NCBI GenBank assembly: GCA_005883675.1
Contig: VBCM01000194.1
Coordinates: forward strand, 1 to 50,859
DNA length: 50,859 nt
Direction of reading: 5' to 3'
Source: Betaproteobacteria bacterium
GTDB taxonomy: Bacteria > Pseudomonadota > Gammaproteobacteria > Burkholderiales > SG8-39
Part shown: positions 11,398-23,369 of the stretch, one piece after another
Numbering within the stretch: the stretch's first letter is position 1
Layout: every line of letters begins with the position of its first letter
Position numbers and translations under genes: made by a program
Notes under the pieces: generated by a model
What the model was told of the DNA's origin: nothing
What the model saw: the letters and a program-made list of their open reading frames with translations, nothing else
Databases searched by the model: none

Positions 11398-12719
11398 AAG
11401 CCGCCGACCATCTTGCTCTTTACGCCACGCGCCGCGAACGCCTCGCGGCGCTGATGGGTGAAGGTGTCGCGCTCATCGCCACCGCTCCCGAGCGCGTGCG
11501 CAATCGCGACAGCCATTACCCCTATCGCTTCGACAGCTACTTTTACTACCTCACCGGCTTCGTCGAGCCCGAGGCGGTGCTGGTGGTCGTCGCCGGCAAA
11601 TCACCCAAGGCGCTCCTTTTCTGCCGCAACCGCGACCCCGAGCGCGAGACCTGGGAGGGCTTTCGCTACGGGCCTGAAGGCGCGCGCGAGCGCTTTGGCT
11701 TCGACGAGGCTCATCCGGTGGGCGAGCTCGACGAGGCGCTGCCGAAGCTCCTCGAAGACCAGCCGGTGCTCTATTACCCCGTTGGCGCGGAGGCCGACTG
11801 GGACGCGCGCGTGATGCGCTGGCTCAACATCGTGCGCGCGAAGTCGCGCGCCGGGATCGCGGCGCCCGAGCGGCTGCACGACGTGCGCGCGCTGCTCGAC
11901 GACATGCGCCTCGTCAAAGACGAGCAGGAGCTCGCCACCATGCGACGCGCGGCGCGCATCGCCGCCGCGGCGCACCGCCGCGCCATGCAGGCCGCGCGCC
12001 CCGGCCGCATGGAGTACGAGATCGAGGCCGAGCTGCTGCACGAATTCCGGCGCAATGGCGCGCAGTTTCCGGCGTACTCGCCGATCGTGGCGGCCGGCGC
12101 GAACGCCTGTGTGCTGCATTACGTGGCGAACGACGCCCGCCTGCGCGACGGCGACCTGCTGCTGATCGATGCGGGCTGCGAGCTCGATGGCTACGCCTCC
12201 GACATCACGCGCACGTTCCCGGTGAATGGACGCTTCAGCGGCGCGCAGCGCGAAGTTTATGAGCTGGTGCTTGCTGCGCAGCGCGCGGCGATGGCGAAGG
12301 TGCGCAGCGGCAACGCCTGGAACGAGCCGCACGACGCGGCGGTGCGCGTGCTCGCGCAAGGCATGCTCGACCTCGAGCTTCTCTCCGGTTCGCTCGACGA
12401 GGTGCTGGAGAAGGAAACCTATAAGCGCTTCTACATGCACCGCACGGGCCATTGGCTCGGGCTCGACGTGCACGACGCCGGCGAATACAAGCGGCAGGGC
12501 AACTGGCGGCGCCTGGCGCCGGGCATGGCGCTGACGGTCGAGCCGGGCCTCTATATCCGCGCGGCCGACGACGTGCCCGCGCGGCTGCGCGACATCGGCG
12601 TGCGCATCGAAGATGACGTCGTGGTGACCGCAGGCGAATGCGAGGTGATTACCGCCGAGGCGCCGAAGCTCGTCGACGACATCGAGGCGCTGATGCGCGA
12701 TGGCCGCTCCGCCGGTTGA
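11394..12719 (+). CDS. pepP: Xaa-Pro aminopeptidase P
   Basis: FYYLTGF.EPE, LHY, IDAG, DITRT, HRTGHWLGLDVHD, EPGLY and RIEDD motifs. Confidence 0.95.
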   Translation: MKAADHLALYATRRERLAALMGEGVALIATAPERVRNRDSHYPYRFDSYFYYLTGFVEPEAVLVVVAGKSPKALLFCRNRDPERETWEGFRYGPEGARERFGFDEAHPVGELDEALPKLLEDQPVLYYPVGAEADWDARVMRWLNIVRAKSRAGIAAPERLHDVRALLDDMRLVKDEQELATMRRAARIAAAAHRRAMQAARPGRMEYEIEAELLHEFRRNGAQFPAYSPIVAAGANACVLHYVANDARLRDGDLLLIDAGCELDGYASDITRTFPVNGRFSGAQREVYELVLAAQRAAMAKVRSGNAWNEPHDAAVRVLAQGMLDLELLSGSLDEVLEKETYKRFYMHRTGHWLGLDVHDAGEYKRQGNWRRLAPGMALTVEPGLYIRAADDVPARLRDIGVRIEDDVVVTAGECEVITAEAPKLVDDIEALMRDGRSAG

Positions 12720-13761
12720 CGTCGTGCCTTTGCGGGTTGACGTCCTTATTCGCGGCGCGGGCCCGGTTGGCTGCGCTGCCGCCCTCGCCCTGCGGCTCGC
12801 GGGTCTCAGCGTCGCCATCGTCAATGGGCGTTCGCCGCCGCCCGCGTTTCGCCCGCTCGCCCTCTCCTATGCCAGCCGCCTGATCCTCGAGCGGCTCGGC
12901 GTCTGGCAACGCGTCGCCGTGACGCCGATCGAGCACATCGTCGTATCCCAGGCGGGCCGCTACGGCCGCACGCGGCTCGATGCTGCTGATGCGGGCGTGC
13001 CAGCGCTCGGCTATCAGACCGAATACGCGGCGCTTGTCGGCGCTCTGAGATCAGCGCTGGGCGATGTGCTCACGGCCGAGGCGCCCGCGGCGAAGTGCAT
13101 CGTGCATGCCGAAGGCACGCCGGGCGAGCAGCCCGGGAAGCGTTACCGCCACCATGTGCTCGTGGCGCTGCTCGAGAGCAACCCCGCGGCATCCGCGACC
13201 GCCTATGAGCGCTTCACGGCCGAGGGACCGCTCGCCCTGCTGCCGCTTGCAGGCCACTACGCCCTGATATGGAGTCTCGAGCCGGCTCGGGCCCAGCACC
13301 TCGCCGACGCGCCGCAGCCGGAGTTCATCGAGCAGCTGGCGCAAGTCGCGCCATCCGGCGCCGGGCGCGTCCTGAGCGTTCAGTCGCGGAGCGTGCAGGT
13401 GCCGACGCTGAAAGTGCGCCGCGTGCGCGCGAGCGCAAACGAGGTCTACATCGGCAACGCGGCGCAGACGCTGCATCCGGTTGCGGGGCAAGGGCTGAAT
13501 CTCGGCCTGCGCGACGCCTGGGACCTCGCGTGCGCGCTCGCCGCGGCGCCGGATCCAGGCGACGCCGCTTTGCTAGCACGCTTCGCCGCAGCGCGGCGGC
13601 TCGATGCGCGTGCAGCGATCGGCGTCACCGATTTTCTTGCCTCCGGCTTCGCCGCTTCGAGCGCGCTGATGAGCGCAGCGTTGATGACGCTCGATTTTTT
13701 TCCGCCGGCGCGCCGCTTTTTCGCGCGACGCATGATTTACGGCGCGTCGGCGCTTCCCTGA
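12700..13761 (+). CDS. ubiH: FAD-dependent ubiquinone-pathway hydroxylase (UbiH-like)
   Basis: GAGPVG, AYERFT..GPLALLP and GNAAQTLHPVAGQGLNLGLRD motifs; pepP-ubiH order. Confidence 0.8.
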   Translation: MAAPPVDVVPLRVDVLIRGAGPVGCAAALALRLAGLSVAIVNGRSPPPAFRPLALSYASRLILERLGVWQRVAVTPIEHIVVSQAGRYGRTRLDAADAGVPALGYQTEYAALVGALRSALGDVLTAEAPAAKCIVHAEGTPGEQPGKRYRHHVLVALLESNPAASATAYERFTAEGPLALLPLAGHYALIWSLEPARAQHLADAPQPEFIEQLAQVAPSGAGRVLSVQSRSVQVPTLKVRRVRASANEVYIGNAAQTLHPVAGQGLNLGLRDAWDLACALAAAPDPGDAALLARFAAARRLDARAAIGVTDFLASGFAASSALMSAALMTLDFFPPARRFFARRMIYGASALP

Positions 13762-13813
13762 AAAAAGATTTGCGGTAAAATCCGCTTCCCTTCGCAATTC
13801 TTCGGCCCTGGCA

Positions 13814-14782
13814 ATGAAAATCGGCGCCCACGCGCTGCCTTCCGCAGTGTTTGTCGCGCCAATGGCTGGGATCACCGATCGCCCCTTCCGCCGCCTCGCC
13901 AGGCGCTACGGCGCCGGGCTCGCCACTTCAGAGATGGTGTCAGCGCGGCCCGAGCTGCGCGCGACGCGCAAGTCGCTGCTGCGGCTCGATCATGCCGGCG
14001 AGCCGCAGCCGGTGTCGGTGCAGATCGCGGGCGCCGACCCGGCGATGCTCGCCGACGCCGCGCGCTATAACGTCGAGCGCGGCGCCCAGATCATCGACAT
14101 CAACATGGGCTGCCCGGCGAAGAAGGTGTGCAATGTCGCGGCCGGCTCGGCGCTCCTCTCGGACGAGAGCCTGCTCGGGCGCATCGTCGAGGCGGTCGTC
14201 GCTGCGGTCGACGTGCCGGTGACGGTGAAGCTCCGCACCGGACCGAGCCCCGAGCGGCGCAACGCGGTGCGCATTGCACGCATCGTGGCGGCCGCGGGCG
14301 CCCGGATGCTTGCCATCCATGGGCGCACGCGCGCCTGCATGTTCGAAGGCCAGGCGGAGTACGAGACCATCGCTGAAGTGAAGTCGCGCAGCGGCATCCC
14401 GGTGATCGCCAACGGCGACATCGCGACGCCGCAAGATGCGAAGCGCGTGCTCGAGCTGACCGGAGCCGACGGCATCATGATCGGCCGCGCGGCGCAGGGT
14501 CGGCCGTGGCTCTTTCGCCAGATCACGCACTACCTCGCGACCGGCGAGCTGCTCTCCGCACCGGGGCCGCGAGAGATGGGCAAGGTGCTGGTTGAGCACC
14601 TGGACGGCTTGTACGATCTCTACGGCGACGAGCAAGGCACGCGCGTCGCGCGCAAGCACATCGGCTGGACGGTAAGGGAACTGCCGGGAGGAGAGGGCCT
14701 GCGTAACCGCGTCAACGGCATGGCCGTGGCGCAGGCGCAGCGTGCTGCAGTGAACGACTATTTCGAGAGACTTGCCGCATGA
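13814..14782 (+). CDS. dusB: tRNA-dihydrouridine synthase B
   Basis: [33 protein letters not shown] and MIGRAA motifs; dusB-fis order. Confidence 0.95.
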   Translation: MKIGAHALPSAVFVAPMAGITDRPFRRLARRYGAGLATSEMVSARPELRATRKSLLRLDHAGEPQPVSVQIAGADPAMLADAARYNVERGAQIIDINMGCPAKKVCNVAAGSALLSDESLLGRIVEAVVAAVDVPVTVKLRTGPSPERRNAVRIARIVAAAGARMLAIHGRTRACMFEGQAEYETIAEVKSRSGIPVIANGDIATPQDAKRVLELTGADGIMIGRAAQGRPWLFRQITHYLATGELLSAPGPREMGKVLVEHLDGLYDLYGDEQGTRVARKHIGWTVRELPGGEGLRNRVNGMAVAQAQRAAVNDYFERLAA

Positions 14783-15018
14783 ACCGCGCGAACGAGCTGC
14801 ACGAAGCCGTCAAGCGCTCCCTCGAGCGCTACTTCAAGGACATGGACGGGGAGACGCCCACCGCGATCTACGACATGGTGCTGAAGAACATCGAGCGGCC
14901 GATGATCGAGACCGTGCTCGGCCACGCCGAGGGCAACCAGTCGCTTGCCGCGCAGATGCTCGGCATCAACCGCAACACGCTGCGCAAGAAAATGCAGCAG
15001 CTGCGGATCAAAGGATAG
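14779..15018 (+). CDS. fis: Fis family DNA-binding protein
   Basis: [20 protein letters not shown] helix-turn-helix; lies between dusB and purH. Confidence 0.92.
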   Translation: MNRANELHEAVKRSLERYFKDMDGETPTAIYDMVLKNIERPMIETVLGHAEGNQSLAAQMLGINRNTLRKKMQQLRIKG

Positions 15019-16565
15019 TGCAGCGCGTCCGCCGGGCGCTCGTCAGCGTCTCGGACAAGGCGGGCGTCGTTGAATTCGCGCGCGGGCTTGCCGCGTGCGG
15101 CTACCGCATCCTCTCCACGGGCGGCACTGCCGCGCTCCTTGCGCGCGAAGGCATTGCCGTCACCGAAGTCTCGGCGTACACCGGCTTCCCGGAGATGCTC
15201 GATGGGCGGGTGAAGACGCTGCACCCGCGCATCCACGCCGGGCTTCTCGCGCGGCGCGAAGATCCGAAACACATGGCGGCGCTCGCGCACGCGGGCATCG
15301 AGACGATCGAGCTCCTCGTCGTCAACCTCTATCCGTTCCAGGCGACGGTAGCGCGCGAGGACTGCACGCTCGAAGAGGCCGTGGAAAACATCGATATCGG
15401 CGGGCCCGCGATGCTGCGCGCGGCGGCCAAGAACTACGGCTCGGTCGCGGCGATCGTCGATCCGGCGGACTACCCGCAGGTGCTGGAAGAGCTGCGCACG
15501 CAAGGCGCCGTATCGGCCGAGACGCGCCTGGCGCTCGCGCGCAAGGCATTCGCGCATACCGCGGCCTACGACGGCGCGGTCGCCAATTACCTCACTGCGC
15601 CGCGGGGCGCGGAGTACCCGGCGGTGCTGACGCTGCAGTTCCACAAGCTCCAGGACCTGCGCTACGGCGAGAACCCGCACCAGAGCGCCGCGTTCTACCG
15701 CGATGCGCGGCCGGTGGCGGGCGCGCTCGCCAGCTATCGTCAGGTGCAGGGCAAGGAACTCTCGTACAACAACATCGCCGACGCAGACGCGGCGTGGGAA
15801 TGCGTCAAGCAGTTCGAGGAGCCGGCGTGCGTCATCGTCAAGCATGCGAACCCGTGCGGTGTCGCCGTCGGCGCCACGCTGCAGGCGGCGTATGAGCGCG
15901 CGTTCGCCACCGATCCGGTCTCGGCGTTCGGCGGCATCCTCGGTTTCAATCGCGCGCTCGATGCCGGCGCGGCGCAGGCGCTCGGCCAGCAGTTCGCCGA
16001 GGTCATCATCGCGCCGCGCGTGGCGCCCGACGCCTTGGAAGTACTGAAAGGCAAGGCCAACCTGCGCCTGCTCGAAGTGCCGCTCGCGCGCGAGCACCAG
16101 GCGCACGACTACAAGCGCATCGGCGGCGGGCTGCTCGTGCAAGCTGCGGATAGCCGCATGGTGGAGCGCCGCGAGCTGCGCGTGGTGACGCGAAAAGCAC
16201 CGAGCGAAGCGCAATGGGGCGATCTCGCGTTCGCCTGGCGCGTCGCCAAATTCGTAAAGTCCAATGCGATCGTCTTCGCCAGCGACCGTGCCACGCTCGG
16301 CATCGGTGCTGGCCAGATGAGCCGCGTCGACAGCGTGCGCATCGCCGCGCTGAAGGCGCAAAGCGCGAAGCTCTCGCTCGCCGGAGCCGCCGTAGCGTCG
16401 GACGCGTTCTTTCCGTTCCGCGACGGCGTGGACGTGCTCGCCCAGGCGGGCGCCGCGGCGCTGATCCAGCCCGGCGGCAGCGTGCGCGACGAGGAGGTGA
16501 TCGCCGCGGCCGACGAGCACGGCATCGCCATGGTGTTTAGCGGCGTGCGCCACTTCCGGCATTAA
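15018..16565 (+). CDS. purH: Bifunctional AICAR transformylase/IMP cyclohydrolase
   Basis: [38 protein letters not shown] and RHFRH motifs; GTG start at 15018. Confidence 0.97.
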   Translation: MQRVRRALVSVSDKAGVVEFARGLAACGYRILSTGGTAALLAREGIAVTEVSAYTGFPEMLDGRVKTLHPRIHAGLLARREDPKHMAALAHAGIETIELLVVNLYPFQATVAREDCTLEEAVENIDIGGPAMLRAAAKNYGSVAAIVDPADYPQVLEELRTQGAVSAETRLALARKAFAHTAAYDGAVANYLTAPRGAEYPAVLTLQFHKLQDLRYGENPHQSAAFYRDARPVAGALASYRQVQGKELSYNNIADADAAWECVKQFEEPACVIVKHANPCGVAVGATLQAAYERAFATDPVSAFGGILGFNRALDAGAAQALGQQFAEVIIAPRVAPDALEVLKGKANLRLLEVPLAREHQAHDYKRIGGGLLVQAADSRMVERRELRVVTRKAPSEAQWGDLAFAWRVAKFVKSNAIVFASDRATLGIGAGQMSRVDSVRIAALKAQSAKLSLAGAAVASDAFFPFRDGVDVLAQAGAAALIQPGGSVRDEEVIAAADEHGIAMVFSGVRHFRH

Positions 16566-17839
16566 TGAAGCTCCTCGTCGTCGGCGGCGGCGGACGCGAG
16601 CACGCGCTCGCCTGGAAACTCGCGCAGAGCCCACGCGTGCAGAAGGTGTTCGTCGCGCCGGGGAACGGCGGCACCGCATCTGAGCCCGGGGTCCAGAACG
16701 TCGCGCCCACCGAGACGGCGGCGCTGATCGATCTCTGCCGGCGCGAGCAGATTCAGCTCACGCTGGTGGGGCCGGAGGCGCCGCTTGCCGCAGGCATCGT
16801 CGATGCGTTTCGCGACGCGGGTTTGCGCATCTTTGGGCCGACGCGCGCAGCGGCGCAGCTCGAGTCCTCCAAGGACTTCGCCAAGAGCTTCATGGTGCGC
16901 CACGGTCTGCCGACCGCGCGGCACCGCAGCTTCGACAACGCGCGCGACGCGAGAGCGTACATCGCCGCCGAGCGCACGCCGATCGTCGTCAAGGCCGACG
17001 GCCTCGCCGCCGGCAAAGGCGTGGTGGTCGCCGCCACGCGCGAGGAGGCGAACGCCGCCCTCGACGCCATGCTGGTCCAGCGGCGCTATGGCGCCGCGGG
17101 CGGCCGCGTGGTGGTGGAGGAGTTCCTGGAAGGCGAGGAGGCGAGCTTCATCGTGATGTGCGACGGCACGCACGTGCTGCCGCTCGCCACGAGCCAGGAT
17201 CACAAGCGGCTGCGCGATGGCGACCAGGGTCCGAACACCGGCGGCATGGGCGCCTATTCGCCGGCACCGATCGTCACGCCCAAGGTCCACGCGCGCGTGA
17301 TGCGCGAAATCATCCAGCCGGCGGTACAAGGCATGGCGCAGGAAGGCCATCCCTACGTCGGGTTTCTCTACGCCGGGCTGATGATCGACAGCGCCGGCAA
17401 CCCGCGCGCGCTGGAATTCAACTGCCGGCTGGGCGACCCGGAGACCGAGCCCATCCTCATGCGCCTGAAGTCCGACCTGCTCGAGCTCGTCGAGCACGCG
17501 CTCGCCGGTACGCTCGAGCGCGCCGAGGCCGAATGGGACCGGCGCTGCGCGCTCGGCGTGGTGCTCGCCGCCGCCGGCTATCCGGACGAGCCGCGCAAGG
17601 GCGATCGCATTCAAGGTCTGCCCGCGCCGGCGCCCGATTGCCGCGTGTTCCATGCCGGCACGCGGCTCGATAGCGGCACGCTCGTCACGAACGGCGGACG
17701 CGTGCTCTGCGTCACCGCGCTCGGCGATTCATTGCGCATCGCGCGCAGCCGCGCGTACGAGGCGATCGAGCGCATCCGCTACGACGGCATGCAGTATCGG
17801 CGCGATATCGGCCATCGCGCGCTCAAGAAAAGCCGCTAG
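16565..17839 (+). CDS. purD: Phosphoribosylamine--glycine ligase
   Basis: [38 protein letters not shown] and [10 protein letters not shown] motifs. Confidence 0.97.
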   Translation: MKLLVVGGGGREHALAWKLAQSPRVQKVFVAPGNGGTASEPGVQNVAPTETAALIDLCRREQIQLTLVGPEAPLAAGIVDAFRDAGLRIFGPTRAAAQLESSKDFAKSFMVRHGLPTARHRSFDNARDARAYIAAERTPIVVKADGLAAGKGVVVAATREEANAALDAMLVQRRYGAAGGRVVVEEFLEGEEASFIVMCDGTHVLPLATSQDHKRLRDGDQGPNTGGMGAYSPAPIVTPKVHARVMREIIQPAVQGMAQEGHPYVGFLYAGLMIDSAGNPRALEFNCRLGDPETEPILMRLKSDLLELVEHALAGTLERAEAEWDRRCALGVVLAAAGYPDEPRKGDRIQGLPAPAPDCRVFHAGTRLDSGTLVTNGGRVLCVTALGDSLRIARSRAYEAIERIRYDGMQYRRDIGHRALKKSR

Positions 17840-17841
17840 GC

Positions 17842-18723
17842 GTGCGCGAGCAGGCGGTCTACGATCTCCTCGCCCGGCTGCAGGACCGCATCGTCGCGGC
17901 GCTGGAAGCGCTCGATGGCGGCCGCTTCAGCACCGATCTCTGGCAGCGCGCCGAAGGCGGCGGCGGCGTCACGCGCATGCTGGAGGATGGCGCGGTGTAC
18001 GAGCGCGCCGGCGTGAACGTCTCGCGCGTGCACGGCGCATCACTCCCCGCCTCGGCGACAGCCTCGCGCCCGCAGCTCGCCGGGCGGGCGTACGAGGCAA
18101 TGGGCCTCTCGCTCGTGCTGCACCCACGCAACCCGTACTGCCCGACGGTGCATATGAACACACGCTTTTTCAGCGCCGGCGAGACGTGGTGGTTCGGCGG
18201 CGGCATGGATCTCACGCCCTATTACGGCTTTGTAGAGGATGCGCGCCATTTCCACGCTACCTGCCGCGATGCGCTGGCGCCCTACGGCGCTGACTATTAC
18301 CCGCGGTACAAGCGCTGGTGCGACGAGTACTTCAGGCTGCGCCACCGCGGCGAGCCGCGCGGAGTGGGTGGCATCTTCTACGATGACCTCGCGGATCGCG
18401 ACTTCGACTTCAGCTTCGCGCTCGCCCGCTCCGTCGCGGAGCACTTCCTGCCAGCGTATATGCCGATCCTGGAGCGCCGTCGCGGCGCACCGTACGGCGA
18501 GCGCGAGCGCGACTTCCAGGCGTATCGCCGCGGCCGCTACGTCGAGTTCAACCTGGTCTACGACCGGGGCACGCTTTTTGGCCTGCAGTCAGGTGGGCGC
18601 ACCGAGTCGATCCTGATGTCGCTGCCGCCGCGCGCGGCATGGCGCTACGACTGGCAGCCCGCGCCGGGATCGCCGGAGGAGGCGCTGTACAAGGAGTTTC
18701 TCGTTCCCCGCGACTGGGTCTAA
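17842..18723 (+). CDS. hemF: Oxygen-dependent coproporphyrinogen III oxidase
   Basis: [24 protein letters not shown] and [19 protein letters not shown] motifs. Confidence 0.97.
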   Translation: MREQAVYDLLARLQDRIVAALEALDGGRFSTDLWQRAEGGGGVTRMLEDGAVYERAGVNVSRVHGASLPASATASRPQLAGRAYEAMGLSLVLHPRNPYCPTVHMNTRFFSAGETWWFGGGMDLTPYYGFVEDARHFHATCRDALAPYGADYYPRYKRWCDEYFRLRHRGEPRGVGGIFYDDLADRDFDFSFALARSVAEHFLPAYMPILERRRGAPYGERERDFQAYRRGRYVEFNLVYDRGTLFGLQSGGRTESILMSLPPRAAWRYDWQPAPGSPEEALYKEFLVPRDWV

Positions 18724-19913
18724 GGCAGCTCGGCCGCGCGGCGAAAGTGGCGCTGCGCTTCGCCCGTGTCGGCCAAGCGCTCGGCGAGCCGCGCGAGCTC
18801 GAGGTGCACGGCGCGCGCGTCCTCGAACGACAGGCTCGCCTCGAGGAAGCTCCGCGCCTTCCCCCAGAGCTCGGCCTGCGCGCACAGGCGCCCGAGCGCG
18901 GCAAGCAGCTCCGGATCGCGGCTATGCGCGGCGAGCCAGCGCTCGGCGCGCTCGATGCGAAGCCGTGCCTCCTCCTCACGCTCGGCAGGCGCCAGGGTCG
19001 TCGGCAGCTGCGCGTATAGCCCAATCAGGCGCGAGCTCCATTCGGCGGCGAGCGCCTTCTCCAGGATCTCGCGCGCGAGCGCCGCAAGCCCGAGCGCGGT
19101 GGCGTGGCGCGCCGCCGCCGCGGCGACGCGCGGGTGCAGCTGGTCGCGCTCACTGATCGCACGCCAGCGCCGCTCGAAGGCGCCGGTATCGTCCGCTGAG
19201 CGGCCGAGGAGCTCGACGTTGGCCTGCACCTTGTACTCCTCGGCGAGCGCGGGCGCGATGGCGTCGCGCTTGACGAGCTGCCCGGCAAGGCGCAGCACCT
19301 CGTCCCAGGCGCCCGCGCCGCGCTCGGCCCGAAGCAAGAGGCGCGCGGTGGCGATGTGGCGCGGCCCCGAGCTCTGCACGCGGCGCAGCGCATCGCGCGC
19401 CGCAGCGAAGTCGCGCTCTTCCAGCGCGAGCTCGGCCCGGCTCACGAGCCGCGCCGTCTGCAGTTCGTCGCCCGCGGCGTCGGCGCGCTCGAGCCAGCGG
19501 TCGCGGTCTTCGAAGTTGCGCATCTGGTGCGCCGCGCGCGCGGCGAGCAGCGCGGCGAGCCCGGGCGCCGGCCCGATCTCGAAGGCGAGCGCGGCCTGGC
19601 GCTCGGCGCGCCGGTAACGGCCTTCGTAGTAGGCCTGCAGCGCCGCGGCGAGCGCGCCATGGGCGCGCTCGCGCCGCCGACGGGCGCGGTAGGCGCGCAC
19701 GGTGGCCGGCAGCGCGAGGATCTGGCCGAGGAGCCGCACGCCCGCGTAGAGGATGGCGAAGCTCGCCGCCGCCGCCAACGCAAAGAAAAACATGGTCACT
19801 TCGACGCGGTAGGGCGGATAGACGAACAGCACGTAGCCCGCGTCGACGCGCCCGAGGATGACGAGCGCCACCGCCGTGGCGAACACGGCGAGCAGCCACG
19901 CGAGCGACCTCAT
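18720..19913 (-). CDS. hemY: HemY-family membrane TPR protein
   Basis: Two N-terminal TM segments with GYV, TPR-like helices, C-terminal LWGKAR; follows hemX. Confidence 0.85.
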   Translation of the reverse strand: MRSLAWLLAVFATAVALVILGRVDAGYVLFVYPPYRVEVTMFFFALAAAASFAILYAGVRLLGQILALPATVRAYRARRRRERAHGALAAALQAYYEGRYRRAERQAALAFEIGPAPGLAALLAARAAHQMRNFEDRDRWLERADAAGDELQTARLVSRAELALEERDFAAARDALRRVQSSGPRHIATARLLLRAERGAGAWDEVLRLAGQLVKRDAIAPALAEEYKVQANVELLGRSADDTGAFERRWRAISERDQLHPRVAAAAARHATALGLAALAREILEKALAAEWSSRLIGLYAQLPTTLAPAEREEEARLRIERAERWLAAHSRDPELLAALGRLCAQAELWGKARSFLEASLSFEDARAVHLELARLAERLADTGEAQRHFRRAAELP

Positions 19914-19923
19914 CCCGCGCAGT

Positions 19924-20976
19924 TCATCCCGGCGCGCGCTCGCGCCGCGACTTGTAGCCGCGCACCGCGTCGAGGCTTTCCGAGATCGTGGGCATATCGA
20001 AAGTGATGGACATGCCGGAGAGCTGCTTCAACTGCGCCACGGCGTCGCCGGTCGACTTGGAGCGCGGGTCGAAATAGCGCTGCACCCAGGCGGCGGTGGC
20101 GCGCAAGTCCTCACGGTAGCCCGCTTCGTCGCGCGCGAGAAGCGATGCGCGCGCGTTGAGGAGCCTCAGGCGCAGGTTCTCGCGCACGAAATAGGCCTGC
20201 GAGGGCGGCAGCAGCGGCGGCTCGGCTGCGCCCATGCGCCGCACGACGATGAGCTGCGAGAGCTCGTTCCACACCTCGGCGGCGAGCCGCGCGAACAGGC
20301 CGCGATCCGCGGCGCTCGCTCTGGCGGGCATCTCGCGCTCCGTGCGCTCCTCGAAGGCGAGCGGCAGCGAATCGATCGAAGCGATCAGATTGTCCAGGCG
20401 CATCGCCATCGCCGGGAAGTCCACCACCGGTGCTGCCTTGAGGCGCTCGATGTCGCGCGCGAGCGCGCGGCGGATCGGCGCGAATTGCGGGCGGTCGGCG
20501 CGCGCCAGGCGCGCCTCGGCGAGCTGCAGCGCAAGGAGCGCCGCGCGCACGTTGCGCGCGAGCTGCAGCTGCTGCGACGCGATGGCCAGCACCTGCTCGA
20601 TCTCGGCGAGCTGCCACTCGTCGCGGTTGCGCGAGAGATCCTGGTAGAGCGCCTCGAGCGCGAGCTGCTGGCTCTGCGACTCGGCAAGGCGCCCTTCGAG
20701 CTGGCCGAGCCTCGCCTGCGCCTCGCGCACGGCTTCCTGCGCCGTCCGCGCCACCGAGCGCGCATCGCGTGCATCGGATTCGATGTCGCGCAGCCGCCGT
20801 GCAAGCTCATCCTGCGTGGCGGCGATACGGCCGCGCGTGTCGTACCACGCCAGCGCGGCGAGCCCGGCGGCGAGCAGCACGGCGATCAGCACCAGCGTCG
20901 CCATGCGCGATGGCGCGCGCGATGCGGCCGGCGGAGCCGGCGGCGCCGCCGGCGCGGCGGGATCAGTCTCCGGCAT
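19924..20976 (-). CDS. hemX: HemX-family membrane protein
   Basis: Single TM plus coiled coil, W.LAE.E, LRLRLLNAR and YFD motifs; hemC-hemD-hemX-hemY order. Confidence 0.87.
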   Translation of the reverse strand: MPETDPAAPAAPPAPPAASRAPSRMATLVLIAVLLAAGLAALAWYDTRGRIAATQDELARRLRDIESDARDARSVARTAQEAVREAQARLGQLEGRLAESQSQQLALEALYQDLSRNRDEWQLAEIEQVLAIASQQLQLARNVRAALLALQLAEARLARADRPQFAPIRRALARDIERLKAAPVVDFPAMAMRLDNLIASIDSLPLAFEERTEREMPARASAADRGLFARLAAEVWNELSQLIVVRRMGAAEPPLLPPSQAYFVRENLRLRLLNARASLLARDEAGYREDLRATAAWVQRYFDPRSKSTGDAVAQLKQLSGMSITFDMPTISESLDAVRGYKSRRERAPG

Positions 20977-21697
20977 CAAAATATCCTACCAGCCGCTCGA
21001 GCAGGTCGTCGTCGCTCGCGGCGGCAACGACCACCTCTCGGGCGCCGCGCGAGCGCGCATGGTTGGCGATGCGCTCGTGCAGCACGAAAACCGGCAACGC
21101 CGCGATCAGTTCGTCGCCGCCCATGGCGCGGAAGTTATCGAGCGCCTGCGCCGACCAGACGACGAGCGCGTGCACCTCGCCGCGGTGCCACGCCGCGACG
21201 AGCGGTGCGGCGTCGGCCGCCGGCTTCACGCGCCGATAGCACACCGCGTACTCAACCACCGCGCCGCGCGCGCTGAGCGTCTCGGAGAGGAGCTCGCGCC
21301 CGGCTTCGCCGCCCACGATGAGCACGCGCTTGCCGGCGAGGCGCTGCATCTCGGGCAGCGCGAGCAGCGCTTCGCTGTCGGCGCCCGCCACGGGCGCGAT
21401 GATCGCTCGGGCGCCCGCGCGCTCGAGCTCGCGGCGCGTACCGGCGCCGACCGCGGCCGCAAGGCGGGGCGGCCACGGCGCTGGTGCGGCCAATGCGACG
21501 CGCACCGCGGAGGGGCTGACGAAGACGGCGAGGTCGTACTCGGTGAGGCGCGAAAGCCCGTCCGGCGTCGCGAGCGGCTGGATCTCGATGGCCGGGAAGA
21601 CGATCGGCTTCGCCCCGCGGCGCTCGAGGAGCCGCGCGAACGGTCCCGCAAGATCGCGCGGACGCGTGAGCACCACACCGCGGCCGGCGAGGCTCAT
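20963..21697 (-). CDS. hemD: Uroporphyrinogen-III synthase
   Basis: VLTRP, FVSPSAV, DSEALL, GREL and CYRR motifs. Confidence 0.92.
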   Translation of the reverse strand: MSLAGRGVVLTRPRDLAGPFARLLERRGAKPIVFPAIEIQPLATPDGLSRLTEYDLAVFVSPSAVRVALAAPAPWPPRLAAAVGAGTRRELERAGARAIIAPVAGADSEALLALPEMQRLAGKRVLIVGGEAGRELLSETLSARGAVVEYAVCYRRVKPAADAAPLVAAWHRGEVHALVVWSAQALDNFRAMGGDELIAALPVFVLHERIANHARSRGAREVVVAAASDDDLLERLVGYFDAGD

Positions 21698-22611
21698 GGT
21701 GTGCGCGGCAGGATCGCGTCCGCGCCTTGGGCCCGCAGCGACTGCGCCGCGCGCGCGCCGACTTCTTCCGGGTCGGTGCCCCCGGCATGCGCGCGCAGCA
21801 CGCGCCGGCCATCGGCGGAAGCGACCAGCGCTTGGAGCTCGACGCGCCCCGCAGTCATCACCGCGTAGGCACCGAGCGGCAGCGCGCAACTGCCACCCAG
21901 GGCCCGGCTCACCGCGCGCTCCGCAAGCACGCATTGCGCGGTGTCCAAGTCCGCAAGGGGCGCGAGCAGTGCGATGAGCTCGGCGCGGGCGCCGCGGCAC
22001 TCGATGCCGAGCGCGCCCTGCCCCGGCGCGGGCAGGCTCTCGTCGATCGGCAGGCGCGCGGAAATCCGCGCGGCCAGCCCGAGACGCACGAGGCCTGCCA
22101 CGGCGAGCACGATCGCGTCATAGTCGCCGCGGTCGAGCTTGGCGATGCGCGTCTCGACATTGCCGCGAAGCAAGCGGACGTCCAAGCGCCGGTAGCGCTC
22201 ACTTACCTGCGCGGCGCGGCGCAAGCTAGAGGTGCCCACCACGGAACTCGGCGGCATATCGGCAAGCGCCCGGTAGCGATTGGAAACCAGCGCATCGCGC
22301 GGGTCTTCGCGCGCGGTGATCGCGGCGAGCGTAAAACCGGGCGGCAATTCGGCGGGCACATCCTTCATCGAGTGCACGGCGAGGTCGGCGCGGCCCTCAG
22401 CCATCGCGGTCTCCAGCTCCTTCACGAAGAGTCCCTTGCCGCCTGCCTGGTCGAGCCGGCGGTCGACGAGCTGGTCGCCGCTCGTCGTCATCGGCAGGAG
22501 CTCTACGCGCATGCCGGGGTGCAGCGCCTCCAGGCGCTCCTTGACGTACCCGGCCTGCCACAGCGCGAGCCGGCTAGCGCGGGTCGCGATCACCAGGCGC
22601 TGAACGCTCAT
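21694..22611 (-). CDS. hemC: Hydroxymethylbilane synthase (porphobilinogen deaminase)
   Basis: [36 protein letters not shown] and LGGSC motifs. Confidence 0.97.
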   Translation of the reverse strand: MSVQRLVIATRASRLALWQAGYVKERLEALHPGMRVELLPMTTSGDQLVDRRLDQAGGKGLFVKELETAMAEGRADLAVHSMKDVPAELPPGFTLAAITAREDPRDALVSNRYRALADMPPSSVVGTSSLRRAAQVSERYRRLDVRLLRGNVETRIAKLDRGDYDAIVLAVAGLVRLGLAARISARLPIDESLPAPGQGALGIECRGARAELIALLAPLADLDTAQCVLAERAVSRALGGSCALPLGAYAVMTAGRVELQALVASADGRRVLRAHAGGTDPEEVGARAAQSLRAQGADAILPRTP

Positions 22612-22616
22612 TTGCG

Positions 22617-23369
22617 TTATTTGTCCGCGACCAGCTCGCGCACCGCGGGCCACTGGCGGCGGCTCACCGGCAGCCGCTCGGCGATGCCGTCGAGCACCAC
22701 CTGCCAGTGCGCCTCCTCGTCGCCGCCGCCGGTGCGCTCGAAGCCGCGGATCGCGGCACGCGCCACCAGGCAGTTGCGGTGGATGCGCACGAACGGGCCG
22801 CTGAACTCGCGCTCGAGCGCGACTAGCGACTCCTCGATCAGGTGCTCGCGCTCTCGCGTGCGCACCGTGACGTACTTCTGCTCGGCACGCAGGAAGACGA
22901 TGTCCTTGACCGGCACGAGCACGATGCGATGGCGCTCGGCGACCGACAGGTATTCGCGCGGCGCACCGGCCGCGCGCTCGAGGCTTTCGCGCGGCGGGGC
23001 CCCGCCGGCGGCCGCTTTCTTGAGCGCTGCGGCGAGCCGTTCCGCGCGCACCGGCTTCAGCAGATAGTCGAGCGCGCTCAGCTCGAACGCTTCGATGGCG
23101 TGCTTGTCGTGCGCGGTGACAAAGACCACCGCAGGCGCGTTTTCCATCCCTGCGACATGCCGCGCGAGCTCGAGCCCGTCCATGCCCGGCATGCGGATGT
23201 CGAGCAGCAGCACCTGCGCGGCGCTCGCCGGCAGGCGCTCGAGCGCTTCGATGCCGTTTTTCGCCTCGCCGGCCACGATGTTCGGCACCTCGGGGCCGAT
23301 GTCCTGCAAGAGCTCGCGCAGGCGCTCGCGCGCCGGCGCCTCGTCATCGGCGATGAAGACCCGGATCAT
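22617..23369 (-). CDS. algR: LytTR-family response regulator (AlgR-like)
   Basis: REC domain (DDE, LDIRMP, DYLLKP) plus LytTR domain (FVRIHRN, LPVSRR); argH-algZ-algR-hemC order. Confidence 0.85.
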   Translation of the reverse strand: MIRVFIADDEAPARERLRELLQDIGPEVPNIVAGEAKNGIEALERLPASAAQVLLLDIRMPGMDGLELARHVAGMENAPAVVFVTAHDKHAIEAFELSALDYLLKPVRAERLAAALKKAAAGGAPPRESLERAAGAPREYLSVAERHRIVLVPVKDIVFLRAEQKYVTVRTREREHLIEESLVALEREFSGPFVRIHRNCLVARAAIRGFERTGGGDEEAHWQVVLDGIAERLPVSRRQWPAVRELVADK